DNA of 64,000 nucleotides, from positions 959,221 to 1,023,220 of the forward strand of contig JAHRHZ010000048.1 in assembly GCA_024137785.1 (NCBI GenBank), written 5' to 3'. The notes below the pieces were generated by a model, which worked only from the letters and a program-made list of their open reading frames with translations, was not told where the DNA came from and searched no databases. The translations under genes and the position numbers were made by a program. This DNA is from Ginglymostoma cirratum (taxonomy: Eukaryota). Positions within the stretch are counted from its first letter, which is position 1; every line of letters starts with the position of its first letter. Positions 12,501-27,500 of this stretch are shown here, in pieces.

Positions 12501-15500
12501 ACGTTATGGGGATAGGAACAGGCGGTCTTAGTGATGGCGCAGAAGTGAGGTTTGTACATTCATCGCAGGGTCAAATGTGACAGCAAGATTGCAAACAGTG
12601 GTTTCAACTCAGACTGGTGTCATAGAGATGGATGGAGGGGTAGCTCAGCAACAGAGTTTGGAGCAGCAGAGGTAAACGATGGCTTCAGTTTTCCCAACAT
12701 TTTATTGGAAGAAATTTCTGATCATCCACCAGGGATGTCAGATTAGCATCTGATAATTTAGCAACAGTGCAGGAAATGAGAGCTGATGGAGAGATTGAGC
12801 TTGATGCCAACAGCGTGCATGGGAAAATTAACTCAATTTCAATGGTACCACGGAGGAGCATTGTGTAGATGAGAAATAGGAAAGACCAGGTGAAATGGTT
12901 AGGGGATACTAGAGCAGAACAGTACAGAATCAGGAAGAGAAGCCTTTGCAAGTGATCATCTGGCTGTGCCTGATAGATAACAATGGAACCACGTGAGAAC
13001 AGTCTCACCCAGCTGGGAAACTGTGTCGAGGGGCTGGAGGACGATGGTATGGTCAAGAATGTCAAATGCTTCAGGCATGTTGAGGAAGGAAAGTTCACTT
13101 TTGTCACAGTCACATGGAATGTTATTTGCAACTTTCACAAGAGTTTTTAAGGAGCTTCTTAAAATATGAGACAGTTTGAAAAGCATTGAGATTTAGGAAT
13201 AAAATTCTAAGCTTAAGGCCTCAGCAGCTGAAGACATGGCCACCAATAGTGGAATGAGTAAAATCAGGGATGCCAGAGAGCTCATGGGACTGAGGCAGGT
13301 GGAAGAGTCACAGATAGAGGTGACGCGAAATGTTTCTCTCTCTGCAGTAGCTGCCAGATCTACTGAGTTCCTAGGGCACTTTCTGTTCGTAGTTGAGAGG
13401 GTTGTGTGACTATTGAGTAATTTGAAATCCACAATAAGCATTTTAAAAATTAGAAAACAAATTACCTGTTGTTGGTAATTGGAAGAGCAATCTCAAACTT
13501 GGCAAGAAATTGTAAGTATTGCTCCTCAGTCTGTTCTGTGAAGCCAGTTCCAACCAACAATGTTCTCAGCTCCGTAACTTGTATTATTCCATTTTTGGCA
13601 AGCACACGTGAAGCTTTGACATTGATAATTCTTGCCAAGCATTCAGATAACCACACTGGATCTAGGAAGTAGAGGTTTCGTAGACCATGGCTGGTGTCTG
13701 GAAAATGCAGCAATGCTCCTGTCTCAATAAGGAAGGAGAAAGCTGCCGAGCCAAACAAAGACACAATGAGGCAACAATGAACTGGTTATCTCATGCTCTT
13801 ATTATTGTACTGGCCCAGATCCTCCAGTGTCCATGTGGTTGGAGATCAGACCTATTCCCAGTGATGGTGTTAGAACATCACTGAAGTTCCAACACAAATG
13901 GGATTCTGTAGGAATTCCATAGGAATTATCTGGGAAGTTTGGACTTACTTAGCTGATGGTTACAGAGGAAATATTAGATGGATAAAAACCCATTCTAACT
14001 CTGGGTAAGAATACAACTGACCTCCCCATCTCCCCTCTGGACCTCCTTGACCACCTTGCAACCACTCCTCAAACTGACTTCACTATCCTACCCTTCTTGC
14101 TACCCTCCCTATCCAGCATCCTTGCATCTTATTCCCTTGCCACTTACACACTTAACATACATACACTTACCACTTACACAGCAAAGCATTCACATTCAGT
14201 TATGCACACATTAACTCAATGAGACATTCTGGGATATTTAAACTTGACTACCAGAATACAGCAGCTAGTGCCAGAAAGGGAGGGCATGCTTTCTGCATGA
14301 CTTATCTATGCTGTCATCAATGAGAATTTCTGCACTGAGGCAGACGTGAAGAAGCCTCAAAGTCTGAGGAGTATTTTTTATATCTGATCAGGGTAAGAAC
14401 TAGGAGTTCCAATCTGGTTGTTTTTGCACAGTGCTGATTTCCAATTGGAAAGGTAATTGGTTCAATTTGGGCTTTATAGCTTCTATTTGACAAATAATGA
14501 AAAAGGCATTGATATAACAACATTAAAGTATGTGAAGGAAGTGAATAATTGAGAAAATGAATTTTTACTCAAAATAGCATTGAGAATTACCGGTCTGCAA
14601 ATCTTCAAAGTCCTTGATGTCATTGTCAGGAGTCTGCTGCACAATCTCCTCCAGTTGCTGGTCAGTTAAGTATTGGACCTCGTTACTACTGCTTCTTCTT
14701 TGTTGTTCTTTTAGGACAGCATTCAACAGATTAAAGTAGCTCTTCGGTATCTGTAATGGAGGCCAGTATTACTGCATGGTAAAAACAAAGGCAGGCCTAC
14801 ATTTTCAGAGCATCTTTCAGGATATCCACAAGCGTTCCACAGACAATGAAATACTTTTAAAGTGTTGCAATGTTAGAAACATGGCAGAGATTTTGTACAC
14901 ATCAAGATCCCACAAACAGCAATGTGATAATGAACAGATCACTTGCTTGCAATACTGAATGAGGGAGAAATTTTGTTCAGGACAATCCTTCACCCGTGTG
15001 CCTTTCTTTGAACCAGTAACATTCTTTTACATCACTTGAGAAGATAAATGGGACTTGATTTAACATCTCTTCCAAAAGAGGCACCTCTGAAAATGCAGCA
15101 CTCTGGCTCCATCCATTCTAGCACCTCAGGTCCTGAGAGTAGACTCCAAAAGCATCTGAATGATAAAGATTTGCTTCAATACCCCTTTTTTTAATCTTTT
15201 CACTAACTACTTCAAATTTATGCTCCCTGGTTATTGACCTCAATGCCAACAGAAGTCGCTCCTTCCCATCTGTTCAGGCCCTTCATAATTTTATACACAT
15301 CAACTACATCTCCCTCCAGCTTCCTCTGTTCCAAAGAAAGCTCTCCCAGATTTTCCATGAGGCTAGGTTAGATAATGTTGACCATTCCAGGCAACGTCCT
15401 CATAAATCTCGTTTGCATCTTCTCGATTGTAATCACACACTTCCTGAAAAGTAGTCACCAGAACTGTGTTCAGTATTCCAGCTATGATTTAACAAGTGTT

Positions 15501-18500
15501 TTGTACAGTTCCAACATAACCTTATTTCCCTTCATTATTGCTTGTTTGGTTGCTAATAACTTTAAATTAGTGCCTTCCGCCCACCAAGTGTCTTGCTTCT
15601 AAAAATAGTTTCTCTCCATCTATGCCAGCAAAACCATGATTAATTGGAATACTGTTAAATATCCCCTCAACTTTCTCTTGTTGAAAGAACAATCACAACT
15701 TCTCTAGTTGCTCTATGTAACATAAATAGTATCCCTGGTACCAGTTTGATGGATCTTATCTGTACCCTGTCTAAGTGTTCATCGGTTTTCCATTTGGCAG
15801 ATTAGAAAAGGTCATGTGTGATATCACGGGATGTACTTCATGTAACACACAGTATGGTACAACCAGATACTGGGCAACAAAGGTAAAAGATCCTAAGTGA
15901 CAAAGTGCTCGTTCACAGGAGAAATCAGTAATATTGAACTGGGAAATATTCAAAGATCAAATGCTTGTTTCTTATTTGTTTTCAAAATTGAAACAGAAAA
16001 GCAAGCTCAGGTTCCAGTAAAACATCCTGTAGTTTCATAAGCATCACCTACAATGTGTTTCATAACTTTCTCAAAACAGAGAACCAATTATTAAAAAAAT
16101 CATTTCCTTACAAGTTAATAAAGATGCAGGGTTAGGCTTTTAAATTTCAGAAGTTTGTTTTTGAATAAATGAGGAACAGTCAGTTCTGAAAACATTGCCA
16201 ATGCAGCAGGAGATACAGACTGGGTTGTGGTGAACCCTACATCCCCTGCAGTGAAAACTTCCACAATACCTTCTCTCTGCCTGGAAAATAACTTCACCAT
16301 AATCAGAGAAAAGTAGGAACATGACACTCATTCAAATGGCACCCATGGTGCATGATGCAACTCTACTGATTCTGAAAAGATAGACTTCAAATCAACTCCA
16401 AATTTTGCAGTGCAGGAATCATGAATTAGTCCAATCTTGCTGCTTGCTTCACTTAAAATTTGATAAGCAGCTAGTAATTCCTTTTTAATGTGAAGTAAAA
16501 CTTTATAAAATGGGATTCTGTCAGCAACAGGACAACTAGTACTCCAAGGCAGATTTTAGCAGGCATAAATCTTGAACACCTTAAGGGTCCATGCCAGCAG
16601 ATGTGACTGAAGAAGAATCTTGTTCATCCTAAGAGCCCAATGAGCCTTAGGAACAGACTAGAGAGTATAAACCAATTCCTGTAGACAGGGTAACAGAAAG
16701 ACCAAGAATGAAATGTAAACAATGTAAACATGCGTGATCACAGAGATTTAAAGATTGTGATTTTCTGCAAGAGATGTAGATTAGGTCTGGTTCTGAGTAT
16801 TAGATAGAATTCTGTCAACAGTCTAAGGCTGAGGTTGTCTGAATAACTACAAAGGCAACCTGTAAACCTGAGTCCGCCTGCGTTCTGTGCAAGGAGAATT
16901 GAGCACAACAAATGCAACGTTCAGTTATACCCTCAGAACTTGAGCATTCACTCTTTACATAAACGCCATGGGCAACAATGAAATAGTGCTATAAAAACTT
17001 TGACTCATTTTAAAAATTAGCAGACTGGTCACAAATCAACTAAATTCAAAACAATATTGGAGATCTCATGGCAGAAAGTAGGAATATTTATCCAGATATT
17101 GATTGCAGGTGTTAAAGCTTGGACTTGATCTTGAATGGGAGCATTCAGGGTAAAACACAGTCTATTTTATACCATATTGGAAGTTAGGAAGCACTTACCA
17201 ATCTCCCAACCAACCTCTGTGATGCAGTTAGATTCCCTGTGTCCTTCATGCTACAAGCTACTTGAAAGATCAATTTGCGAAGCCCTTCCAGTCCATCAAG
17301 TGTTTTGCATGATATCTCACTGTAAGGGACACACAATGGAGAACATTAATTGTAAGAGATGAGAGATAAATATTTCATCATAAATGGCAAGAAAGAGAGG
17401 AGCATATCTCCATAAAGGGAGAGAGAGGGATGGATTTTTTTTCTCTGTAAGGAGACATGTGGGTGGATATCTCATTGTAAAGAGAAAGATGTGAGGTGGA
17501 TATTTCAACATAAACAGCAAGATGGAATGGTGGATATTTCACTGTAAAAAAAGAGAGATGGAGAGGTAGATATCTCACTGTGAGGGTAGAGCTATAACAG
17601 AAGTAGTTTAACACATTACCTGAGGAATTGTGTTGTAAACCTCATTGCTTTAAAACAAAAATAAACATACTAAAAGTCACTAAGAACTGGGTAGCTAACA
17701 CACACTGAACAGGATTCTGACACCAGGTATACAAGTCTTCATGCGTTTGTTTCCACACATTTCATTCCACTTCCATTATTGTATATTCAATCAGGTGAAT
17801 ATGGCCTAACTTATTGAACCCATGCTGGTCATCAATTCCCACTTGTTATTATTCTGTTACAGATTCAGTTCTGCCATTAGATACCATTATGATATCAGTA
17901 TCTTAAAGTGAGCAGGTTCACTTTGCACCATGTCTACTTATATAGCTCTGGCCCGAACCTAACAGCTATCTCTACAATCCCCCTAAAAGGGTGAACCAAA
18001 AGTATACAAGACATGGCTTGAGATATTAAGCTCACAGACTAATCATCACTTAGTTCCATCAAATATTTATAGAACAAAGAACAAAGAAAACTTACAGCCC
18101 AGGAACAGGCCCTTCGGCCCTCCAAGCCTGTGCCGATCCAAATCCACTGTCTAAACCTATCGCCCAATTCCTAAGGATCTGTATCCCTCTGCTCCCCACC
18201 TACTCATGCATCTGTCCAGACGCACCTTAAATGAATCTACCGTGCCTGCCTCTACTACCTCTGCTGGCAACGCGTTCCAGGCACCTACCACCCTCTGTGT
18301 AAAGTACTTTCCGCGTGTATCCCCCTTAAACTTTTCTCCTCTCACCTTGAACACGTGACCCCTCGTTACTGAATCCCTCACCCTGGGAAAAAGCTTATCT
18401 CTATCAACCCTGTCTATACCCTTCATGATTTTGAAGACCTCAATCAGGTCCCCGCTCAATCTCCTTTTTTCTAATGAAAACAATCCTAACCTACTCAACC

Positions 18501-21500
18501 TCTCTTCATAGCTAGCACCTTCCATAACAGGCAACATCCTCGTAAACCTTCTCTGTACCCTCTCCAAAGCTTCCACATCCTTTTGGTAATGTGGCGACCA
18601 GAACTGTACACAGTATTCTAAATGCGGCCGAACCAAATGTTGTGAAACAGACTAAAACACTGGGGATTGTAAAATCCAGATTACTCCCAGTACCATTTGT
18701 TATTGATAATAGAAACAGGAGGTTAGCACAGGTGAATGATTGGTGTAAAGACATACATCTTTTTATTTCCTTTATTTTTGGGCTGCGGACCAAAAAAGAA
18801 AGACACTGTTTTCAACCAAGGAAAATGTGCAAAGAGATGGCTGTTGTCATCATGTTTACTGGAGCACATTGTGAGTTGCGACATTGTTGTCTTTTTCTGA
18901 GTGAAAGCAGACAGTGGGTTCTGAACTAGAAACAACTGCTTTATAACAAGATGCTGCCAGATCTGCTGAGCTTTTCCAGCAATTTTTGCTTCTGTTGCTT
19001 TACAACAATGTTCTGATTAGCTCCTGACTAGGCAACCATGGCTTATGTGGGGCCAGTGTAACAGAAACAGCTAGCCTTCAAACAGAAAGCATCAAGAATC
19101 TCTCTTTCTCTCTCTTCCCTCCACCAGTCTCTCCCCAGGCGCACCCCACCGCTCCCCACCGTCCACGCCCACTTCCACCCCCCAACCCTGGCCTTCTGGA
19201 GGTACCAGGAAGTCTCCAAGCAATAGCTAGCTGGCTTCCACTCGTCTTTCTCTGCAAATTCCCTGAAGGAGAAATAAAACAGCTTCAGAGACTTTTTTTT
19301 GTTTTTCCACCTTTCATATCCATATCCTGTCTGACTTTATGCGTTTATCTGTTTCTGAAGGGGAGACTTTGAGCTAAGGCAGAGTTTATGTTTCAAGTTA
19401 GTAATTTGTGTTGTTTGTGTTCAAGGACAATTTGTAATAAACAGTACTTTCTTGTTAAGTACAGTAACATGGTGAGCATTTTTTTAAAATGTGAGTTTGT
19501 CAGTCAGGTAAATTGGGACTTTAAGACAGACTGACTAACTGTTTTCGTATTTGTGACAATCCAAGAGTAGTGTTGCTTGATTTCCAGCATGTTACCCCAG
19601 TAGTGGTGACAAAGACCACAGAGGTTGTGCAGGAGGGAGCCGTTAGATTCTTGGGGCATTTGGACAGGTTCTGGGCAGTCGGTATGTCAAAGTCAGCTGT
19701 GTGTACCTCAACAGAATTGGGACTATATCTAGCAGGAAGGTTTGCTCGTGCTGTTGGGCAGGGTTTAAAGCAGTTTGGCAAGAAGATGGGTACCCAAGGG
19801 TAGATTTAGTTGGTACACAATTGAAATGGAAGGAAGAAAATCAGTGGTCGGACCTGGAAGGCAAAAGAAACAATGATTGGAAAGTTTTCAAAACATGTTT
19901 GGCTGTGCTCAATTTCAATGCAGGAGTTTCACAAGTAAAGCAGATGAGCTGAAGGTACAGAAAGAAACATGGCATTAACTATTCCAAATGCATGGCATAA
20001 AGTGGGACAGGATTGGCATGTCAATATTCCTGCTTAGAGTTTCCAGCTAAGATCAAGTGGGGTGGGGGGGGGGGGGTTGTGGTGGTGGGGGTTAGACACG
20101 AAGGGGAGGGATGGCAATATTATTTGAAGAAACAATTACAGCTGTGAAGAGGGCTGATATGCTATGTTAGGAAGATCTTTAAATTAGGCCATTTACCTTG
20201 AGCTGTGGAACAAAAATGGGCCAGTCACACTGCTAAGAGTTTACTGTACACCTCTAAATTGTTAGAGGGAGATTAAAAAAAATCAAGTATTTGGCAAATC
20301 TAGAAGTAGTATAACAATAAGGCAGTAATAGGGGATTCTAATTATATCAATGTTAACTAGTAGTTTTACCACGAAAAGGACTGAAGGAGCAAAATTCTCA
20401 AGATGGATTCAGAAGAAGTTTTATGGCCAGTAGCAAGTCCAACAAGAGAGGGTGTACTTTTGGCCTTAGTTTCAGGAAATGAGGCTGGACAGGTGGAAGG
20501 AGAGCATTTTGGTGATAGCAATCATAATTCAGTTATTTTTTACACAATTATGGAAAAAGACAAAAGTAGAGTAGGAGTTGAAGTTCCAAATTGGGGTTAA
20601 GGCCAAAGTTACCAAGCTGAGGAGTATGTTAGTAAAAGTGGACTGGAAACAGCTACTTGAAGGTATCAGTTGGAGGTATTCAAACCTAGAATCCCCTGGA
20701 TGTGAACGCTGGCAGGGTAAGACAAGATAGAACAGGAAAGCCTATATCAGACTGAGAGAACTTGACACTGCAGAAAGTGGATACAGGTGTAGAATCAGAA
20801 AGGAAATTAAGAAATCAAAGAGAGCGTGAAAGAATATTGACAAGCAAAATCAAGGTGAACCCAAAGATGATTAATGACTATATTAAGAAGAGAGTAGAGC
20901 CCATAAGAGGTCAAAAAGGTAACCTGTGTTTACAGACATGGTATGGTTCCGAACGAATACTGCGTGTCTGTCTTCAAAAATAAAAGGGGGCGATGCCAGC
21001 GTTGAAATTAAGAGGGCAGTGAGATATTGGAAATGATTAGCATAGAGACGGAAGAAAAACTAAGAAAACTAGTATCTACGAAAGTGGATCAACAGCAGGG
21101 TCAGATGAAATTTACCACAGGCTACTAAAGGAAACCGGGGTGGGGGTGGAAATACCTACGATCTCGGGAAATGCCAGATGCCCTGAACATAATTTTTCAA
21201 TCCTCACGGAGGATCACTCATGTTTACCTTTCCTTAAAAATGAAATGACGAATAGACCAATTAATTACAGGCCAAGTCAGTCTAACCTTGTAGTGGGCAA
21301 ATTATTGGAATCAATGCTGAGAGACTGAATAAAGAACTTAAGAGGGACATATGCTGTAAATGGGATTGTACTCACTGTAAATTTCGGCAGCTGATGTCAG
21401 GATACCCAGTTGCTCGAGGCCCAGATGGAGAGCGACACAGAGCTAGGACATAGGCTCGAAGTGTAGCAATTCTCTCTGATCGGAATTTTGTGTCAATCAA

Positions 21501-24500
21501 ATCCAAATGTGTTCCTACTACAATCACAGTAGCATTGGGAGCTTTTGCCTTAAACAAAACAAAAATCTTGTTCAATCTTTTTCTATTTCACAACATTACT
21601 CAAGAGAGACAGACAGCAAAGATCAGAGAAGGGTGTCAGTGAGAGACACACACAAATAAAGTCGGAGACAGAGAAACATCTAAACACACAAATACAAGAC
21701 TGATGTTGCTACAGAGATGGCACTGGATTCGGAGGTGGCGGTGCTCAGTAAGTTTGCACAGGAATACAATGTGCTATTTGACTAATTCATTTTTGCTTCG
21801 CGCAGTTATTCTGAAGGCAACACATCAGAGAAATCCAGTCCTGAAGAAGGGTAATACCCGAAATGTTGACTGCTCCTTTCCTCCGGACGCTGCCTGGCCT
21901 GCTGTGTTCTCCCAGCTTCCTGTCTGTCTATCTCATGGAGGATAGTTCCCTGCTGTGACAGAGATCAATAGGAAGCCAGTTTACGGGTATCTGTCACACA
22001 TACAATTTTGCCAATGTAAACAGGCTTCACATTAGGTCAAAAGCTTATACAAGCAGATGAGGTGACTATATAATAGGTTAGTGAGTAAACAAGCTACTAA
22101 AGGCCTCTTATTTAAAGAGCAAAATACGAAGAGGATTTCATGTTTCGTCAAATTCACTGATGAAAGTAGAGCTCCCAGACTGGGGCCGGAGATGCAGTAA
22201 CCAAACTGCCTTTGTGCAGGTGGTGGCTGATCTGTGCACAATCATGGAAAAGGCCCAAGGAGGGCTCTCAATGTCACTAAGATGCCAGGAATCTCAACGT
22301 TTACTCACACTTGCTTCATTTTAGGGGTTGGTAGCAAAGTCTGTGGGCTCTCATAATCAGCCATCCAGGGAATGGAATCAGGTTCTAGGAAGGCATCAGG
22401 CTTCATATCACAAATGTAGGCAGTTAGAAATAGTGGCATTTGCCATCTTGCAGAATTCAGTCAGGTACAAGGTATGATCCAGGGCACCCATCAAAGTCCC
22501 ATTGTCACAGCGCGGAGCATTCATCAGCAGGAAAGATCTTCCACTCATTCAATGTGCAGCCATTGCCACCAATTCCTTCCAAGGCTTCCTGGTTGTTGCT
22601 GTGATGGATTCATTCTGAGGCAATTGCAAATGCTGCAGCTATACTTCCCACCACACAGCCTTTGTGGATGGGTCCCAGCTAGTTAGACACACCTAGTGAA
22701 GCGATGTTTGCTGACCCCAGTAAGAGACTCCACAACCACTGCAAAAGAGAAACAAGACCACTGCAATCTCAGCACATGAGCCACGACTGAGCAGGCCACT
22801 GGCCTCCAGAATATGTGGTTCTGATGTCTTGGTCAGTTGAATCGGTTCTTCAGTATTATTAAGGATTGTAGCATTGCTGTGCAATCAGGCCAAGAGAAGG
22901 ACCATGGGGAAGACTGCCTTGTCTCTTTGAAAGATGAGACAGTTGATGGGGAACATCTGGCAGCACTATAAAGGCCATCAGAGCTTGGACCCACGTGGCA
23001 ATGCATTGCTCAGTATGGTACGGAAGCCAGGGATGCCCTGATCCAGGAACACTGCACCTAAGCACGGTAGATATTATAGTGGTAGCCACCTGATCAATGC
23101 CAGTGGTAACAAATGTGACTGCAACATCAACGTGCTAAATATCAGGATCCTTTCAAGGATCAGCTGCATCTCCGGCATCACACAATCAGCAACCAATTGT
23201 GTCTAGTCTGGAACTACTGCACTGCTTCAGAGCTTGAACGGACCATGTTATCAATTATCAGTGGTGTCAACAATCAGGCTGAAAGAGAAAGAGGCTTCAG
23301 GGCCAATGAGGGACTTTCCAACGTGCAAAGGGTAATTGTTTACACGTGCCGATCAAAGCACGTATGGGACAATTATGGATATGATTGAATTGAAAAGCTT
23401 TTAATTCCCTGACTGTGGATTGTTTTGAGCCACTGGCTGTGGATCCTGGGGCATGGCAGCTTGGGAACAGTGATGATGCTCTCAACCTCAGGTACTCCCA
23501 ACTACCACATCTCTGTGGAACCTGGTCAACTAACTAGTTGGACGCTTGTACGTAATGCCATCCAGTTAAAAGGTGGCTTATAACAAAATGAACAGAAGTA
23601 GGCTGCTCAGCCCATTAAGCCTCCCCCACCACTCAATATAATAATAGCTTATTAAACACTTCAATGTCTTTTACTCAACCCATCTCCATAAACCCGTGTG
23701 TCATTGGTAATCATAAGTCTCTACCTTAAACATACTCAAAGACTGAGCTTCCAGAGCCCTTTGTAGTAGAGCATTCCAAAGGTTCACAACCCCTTAGTAA
23801 ATAAATTCTCCTTATTTCAGACCTAAATGACATTCCTTAATTTTAAAATTGTGCCCCTCGTCAGGCATCCCCATATTGAAGACGAACCATACAAAGTGAG
23901 CTACGCTTCAAACAAAGTGACTATTAAGAAGACCACTGGTCTTCAAAAGATGAGATTCTAACATTTGGACCAATCTGCTGGCCCTGTAGGATGTGCTAGC
24001 TCAGAACTCCCCGATTGTTTGCTTTGCACAACAGTATTTGGCTCTGTAAAGGGGAGATGAGGATAATGAGGAAATCTTTTATCACCAAGGAGGAATCGAA
24101 TGATAAATTAGCTGAAGAACTTTTGGATGTAGGCTAGGCTGCCGTACCACATGGGGGTCAGAGGTTTGTTCTGAGGGAGACACAGGAGCTTCTGATCAAA
24201 AAGTGATTCATTGAAACATCTTGAGCCACACTGCCAAATGTGGCAATGAGGCACCTCGTTTCATTGATCAACCCCAAGTGGCAGCTCACACACCGACCTA
24301 AAGGCCCACATCAGCATGTCTCTCTTCATGGAGTCTCAGGGGTCCACTGGGAAAGGCCATTGGCTTGCCATCTTTATTACCAGACACAAAAAATCATCTC
24401 AATTATGACAACATTCTACAGTGATAACAAATGTGACACAACCACATATGAGGGTCTTGTGGTGCAGTAGTAATATGCCTGTCTCTAAATCCCACCTACT

Positions 24501-27500
24501 CCAGAGGTGCGTGATAGCATACTGAGCAGGTGGATTAAACATGTCCACAACCTCAACTACAATCCAACCAATGGAGGTTCCACCACAGTGCTCCCCTTTC
24601 TTCGTTAGCAGTGCTGGAGGTTGGTTATCTCACTAGCCTGGATAACGCTGGTGGCATTTGTTTCAAGCAACTTCTGCTTGTCTAAGCGGTGAGGGCTCTG
24701 GCATTTTGAGTGAGTTCTGCCTAGTGGCAGGAGTATCCTCTGTTGTTGCAGCCCTCCCTGCTCACCTGAGGTGGCACAGACCTGGCAGAGACATGAGTCT
24801 GATCTCTGTTCCACAATGGCAGTCATCGATTGAGTTGAGTGTCACACACCCAGCACGTAAGGAACGTGCTGCCACTTCTCGTTCCCCGTTTAAGTCTGAT
24901 TTCTCAATGGAAGATGCCACTTGTCTGTACAAGGGGGATATTGCAACACTCGTGGCCTGAATAGACTCCTCAAATGTCCTTGCCAAGGTTTGCATTTGGT
25001 CTGGAATTTCAAACAGACCGTCATTCATCTCCCATAGGGCATCTAAGATGCTGCCTCACAGACAACCTCAGAGATTCATCATTTGTCTGCGACACAACAT
25101 GTGCTTGGTATCCCTCACTCCTTAGTGCTAGAGGCCTAGACTGTCATTGCCTCTGACAGCTGATCTGCTGCTCAGAGTGTAGTATTCAAACTAGCTGAGC
25201 CCCAGGTTTGGTCAATGGTGCAAGAATACGAGATGGTAGCAAGTGAGGAGTGTGGATGGGAGTGTGCACTCTCTGAAGTACCTTCCTGTCTCTCAGAGGT
25301 CAAGTCCAGTTCCTTGGGGATGGTGGCTGCAAGGACCAAAAGGTTAACTTGATGAGAAAACAAGGGTGACTAACACTTGACAACAAATAATGCAGATACC
25401 GCTGTATCTCGTAGAACATAGCTCCAACACTACACTGGTCACACAGGTGCTCACTTCCAGACATTGCCACACACATTTCTAGCTTATGTCTCCTCCCAGA
25501 CCAAATGCAATTCCTTTAGACCTTCACCACCTCCAGCACTAATGGTAATGCTCCCCTTCTTGAGCAGACAGCTCCAGTAGATTTCCATCTTTGTTAGGAT
25601 GGCCAGGTTTGGCACTTTATTTATACTGTGGGGCCTCATCTTCTGCACACACATTGGGTCAATGTTGAGTTCTATATGAGAAGGGATCAGTCTCTTAAGT
25701 TGAATACAGCAAAGTTTACGAGCCCTGACAACACTTCAGCAACAGGACTGAGTTCTTGTGCTCCACATCTTGCTGTACCCCTTGCCAAGCTGTTCCAGCA
25801 CAGCACCAACATAGCCACCTTAGAGACAGTGTGGAAAACTGCCCAGGTATGTCCTGTATACAAAGGTAGGAACAAATCCAAGCCATCATTCTCTTCTTGA
25901 TCCTCGGCAAAGTGATGAAAGAAGTCATTGACAGTGCCATCAAGTGGCACTTGCTCCTCAATAATCTGCACACGGATGTTCAATTTGGTTTTTTTCTGAT
26001 GCCACTCAGCTCCTGAGTTCATTGCAGCTTTGGTCTAAATATGGACAAAACAGCTCAACTTCAAAGATGAGACAAGAAAAATCAAGGTATTATTTGATTA
26101 AATATGGTATCAACGACTTCCAGCAAAAATAAAGTCATTGGGAACAGGGCAGAAACTCTCTGCTGGTTAAAGTCACAGTTAGCACAAAGAATGATTGTTG
26201 AAATTTCTTGATTTCAGTTATGTCAGTCCCGGGACATCCCTGCAAGAGTTCCTGAGGGTAGTATCCTAGACCCAGTCATCTTCAGATGCTTTATCAATGA
26301 CATTCCCTTCATCATAAGGTCAAATGTGGCAATGTTTGCGAATCACTGAACAATATTCAGCACTCTCCATGACCATCCTCAAACACAGAAGCAGTCCATA
26401 TTCATGCAAGAAGATTTGGACAACATTCAGACTTGGGTTGATAAGCCACAAGCAACAATCGCATCAGGTAAGTGCCAGGGAATTATCGCTTCTGAGCAAT
26501 TGTATGTCTAAATTTATCTTCTCTTAAATGAAGCAGCATTTAAATTAGTGAATCTTCCATTTCAACATTCTGGGGACTACCATTAACCCAAAACTGAACT
26601 GAACCAGCCACACAAATATCATAACTACAAGAGCAGGTCAGAAGCTGTGAATCCTGTAGTAGGTAATTTACTCCTGTCTCCCAAAGGCCTGCCCACCATC
26701 TACAAGGCACAAGTCAGAAATGTGAATACTCTTATTCAGGGAATATTACCCTTGCCTGGATAACAAACCCTCCAACAACATGCAAGCAGCTCAACACCAA
26801 CCAAGACAATGCAGTCCCTTTGACTGGCACCACAGCCACCACCTTCAACATTTACATTCTTCATCACTGACACTAATACCTATGGGATGCACTGAAGTAA
26901 TTCTTACAGTCTCCTTCAAACATGCATCTTCTACTACTTAGAAGAATATGGGCAGCAGATGCATGAGACGACCATTCCCTGCAAATCCAAGCCACACAAA
27001 ATACCATCTTGACTCCGAACTATACTGCTGTTCCTGCTGCTGGCTCAAAGTCCTGAAACTCTCTTCCAAACTGCACTATGGCTCTATCTATACCACACTG
27101 CAGTGGTTCAAGAAGGTAGTTTACCACCAATTTCTCATGGCCATTTAGGGACAGGCAACCAATAGGTGGCCTAACCATCAACACACATAACAAATGATTA
27201 TTTTTTAAAAAAAGTACTCAAATTCCAATTTTGTTCCCAATTTGCTAATGTGTACTGCTGAAGGACAGCCTTGTCGTTGGGTTTCTCTCGAACATAAAAG
27301 CCAAGCAAGGGTTTGGAGAGTCTGTACTTTTGCAGGTCATGCCACAGTTTTTCTTCATAAGGTCTATTTCCTACCTCAATGTTCAGTAGCCATGACTGCA
27401 GGTTTGCCACTGCCTCCTCTCCAAGAGCCAGATTCCACACCACCACATAGAGGGCTTTATCAGTGAAGAAGCACTGATTGACTGTTGACATTATGGCATC

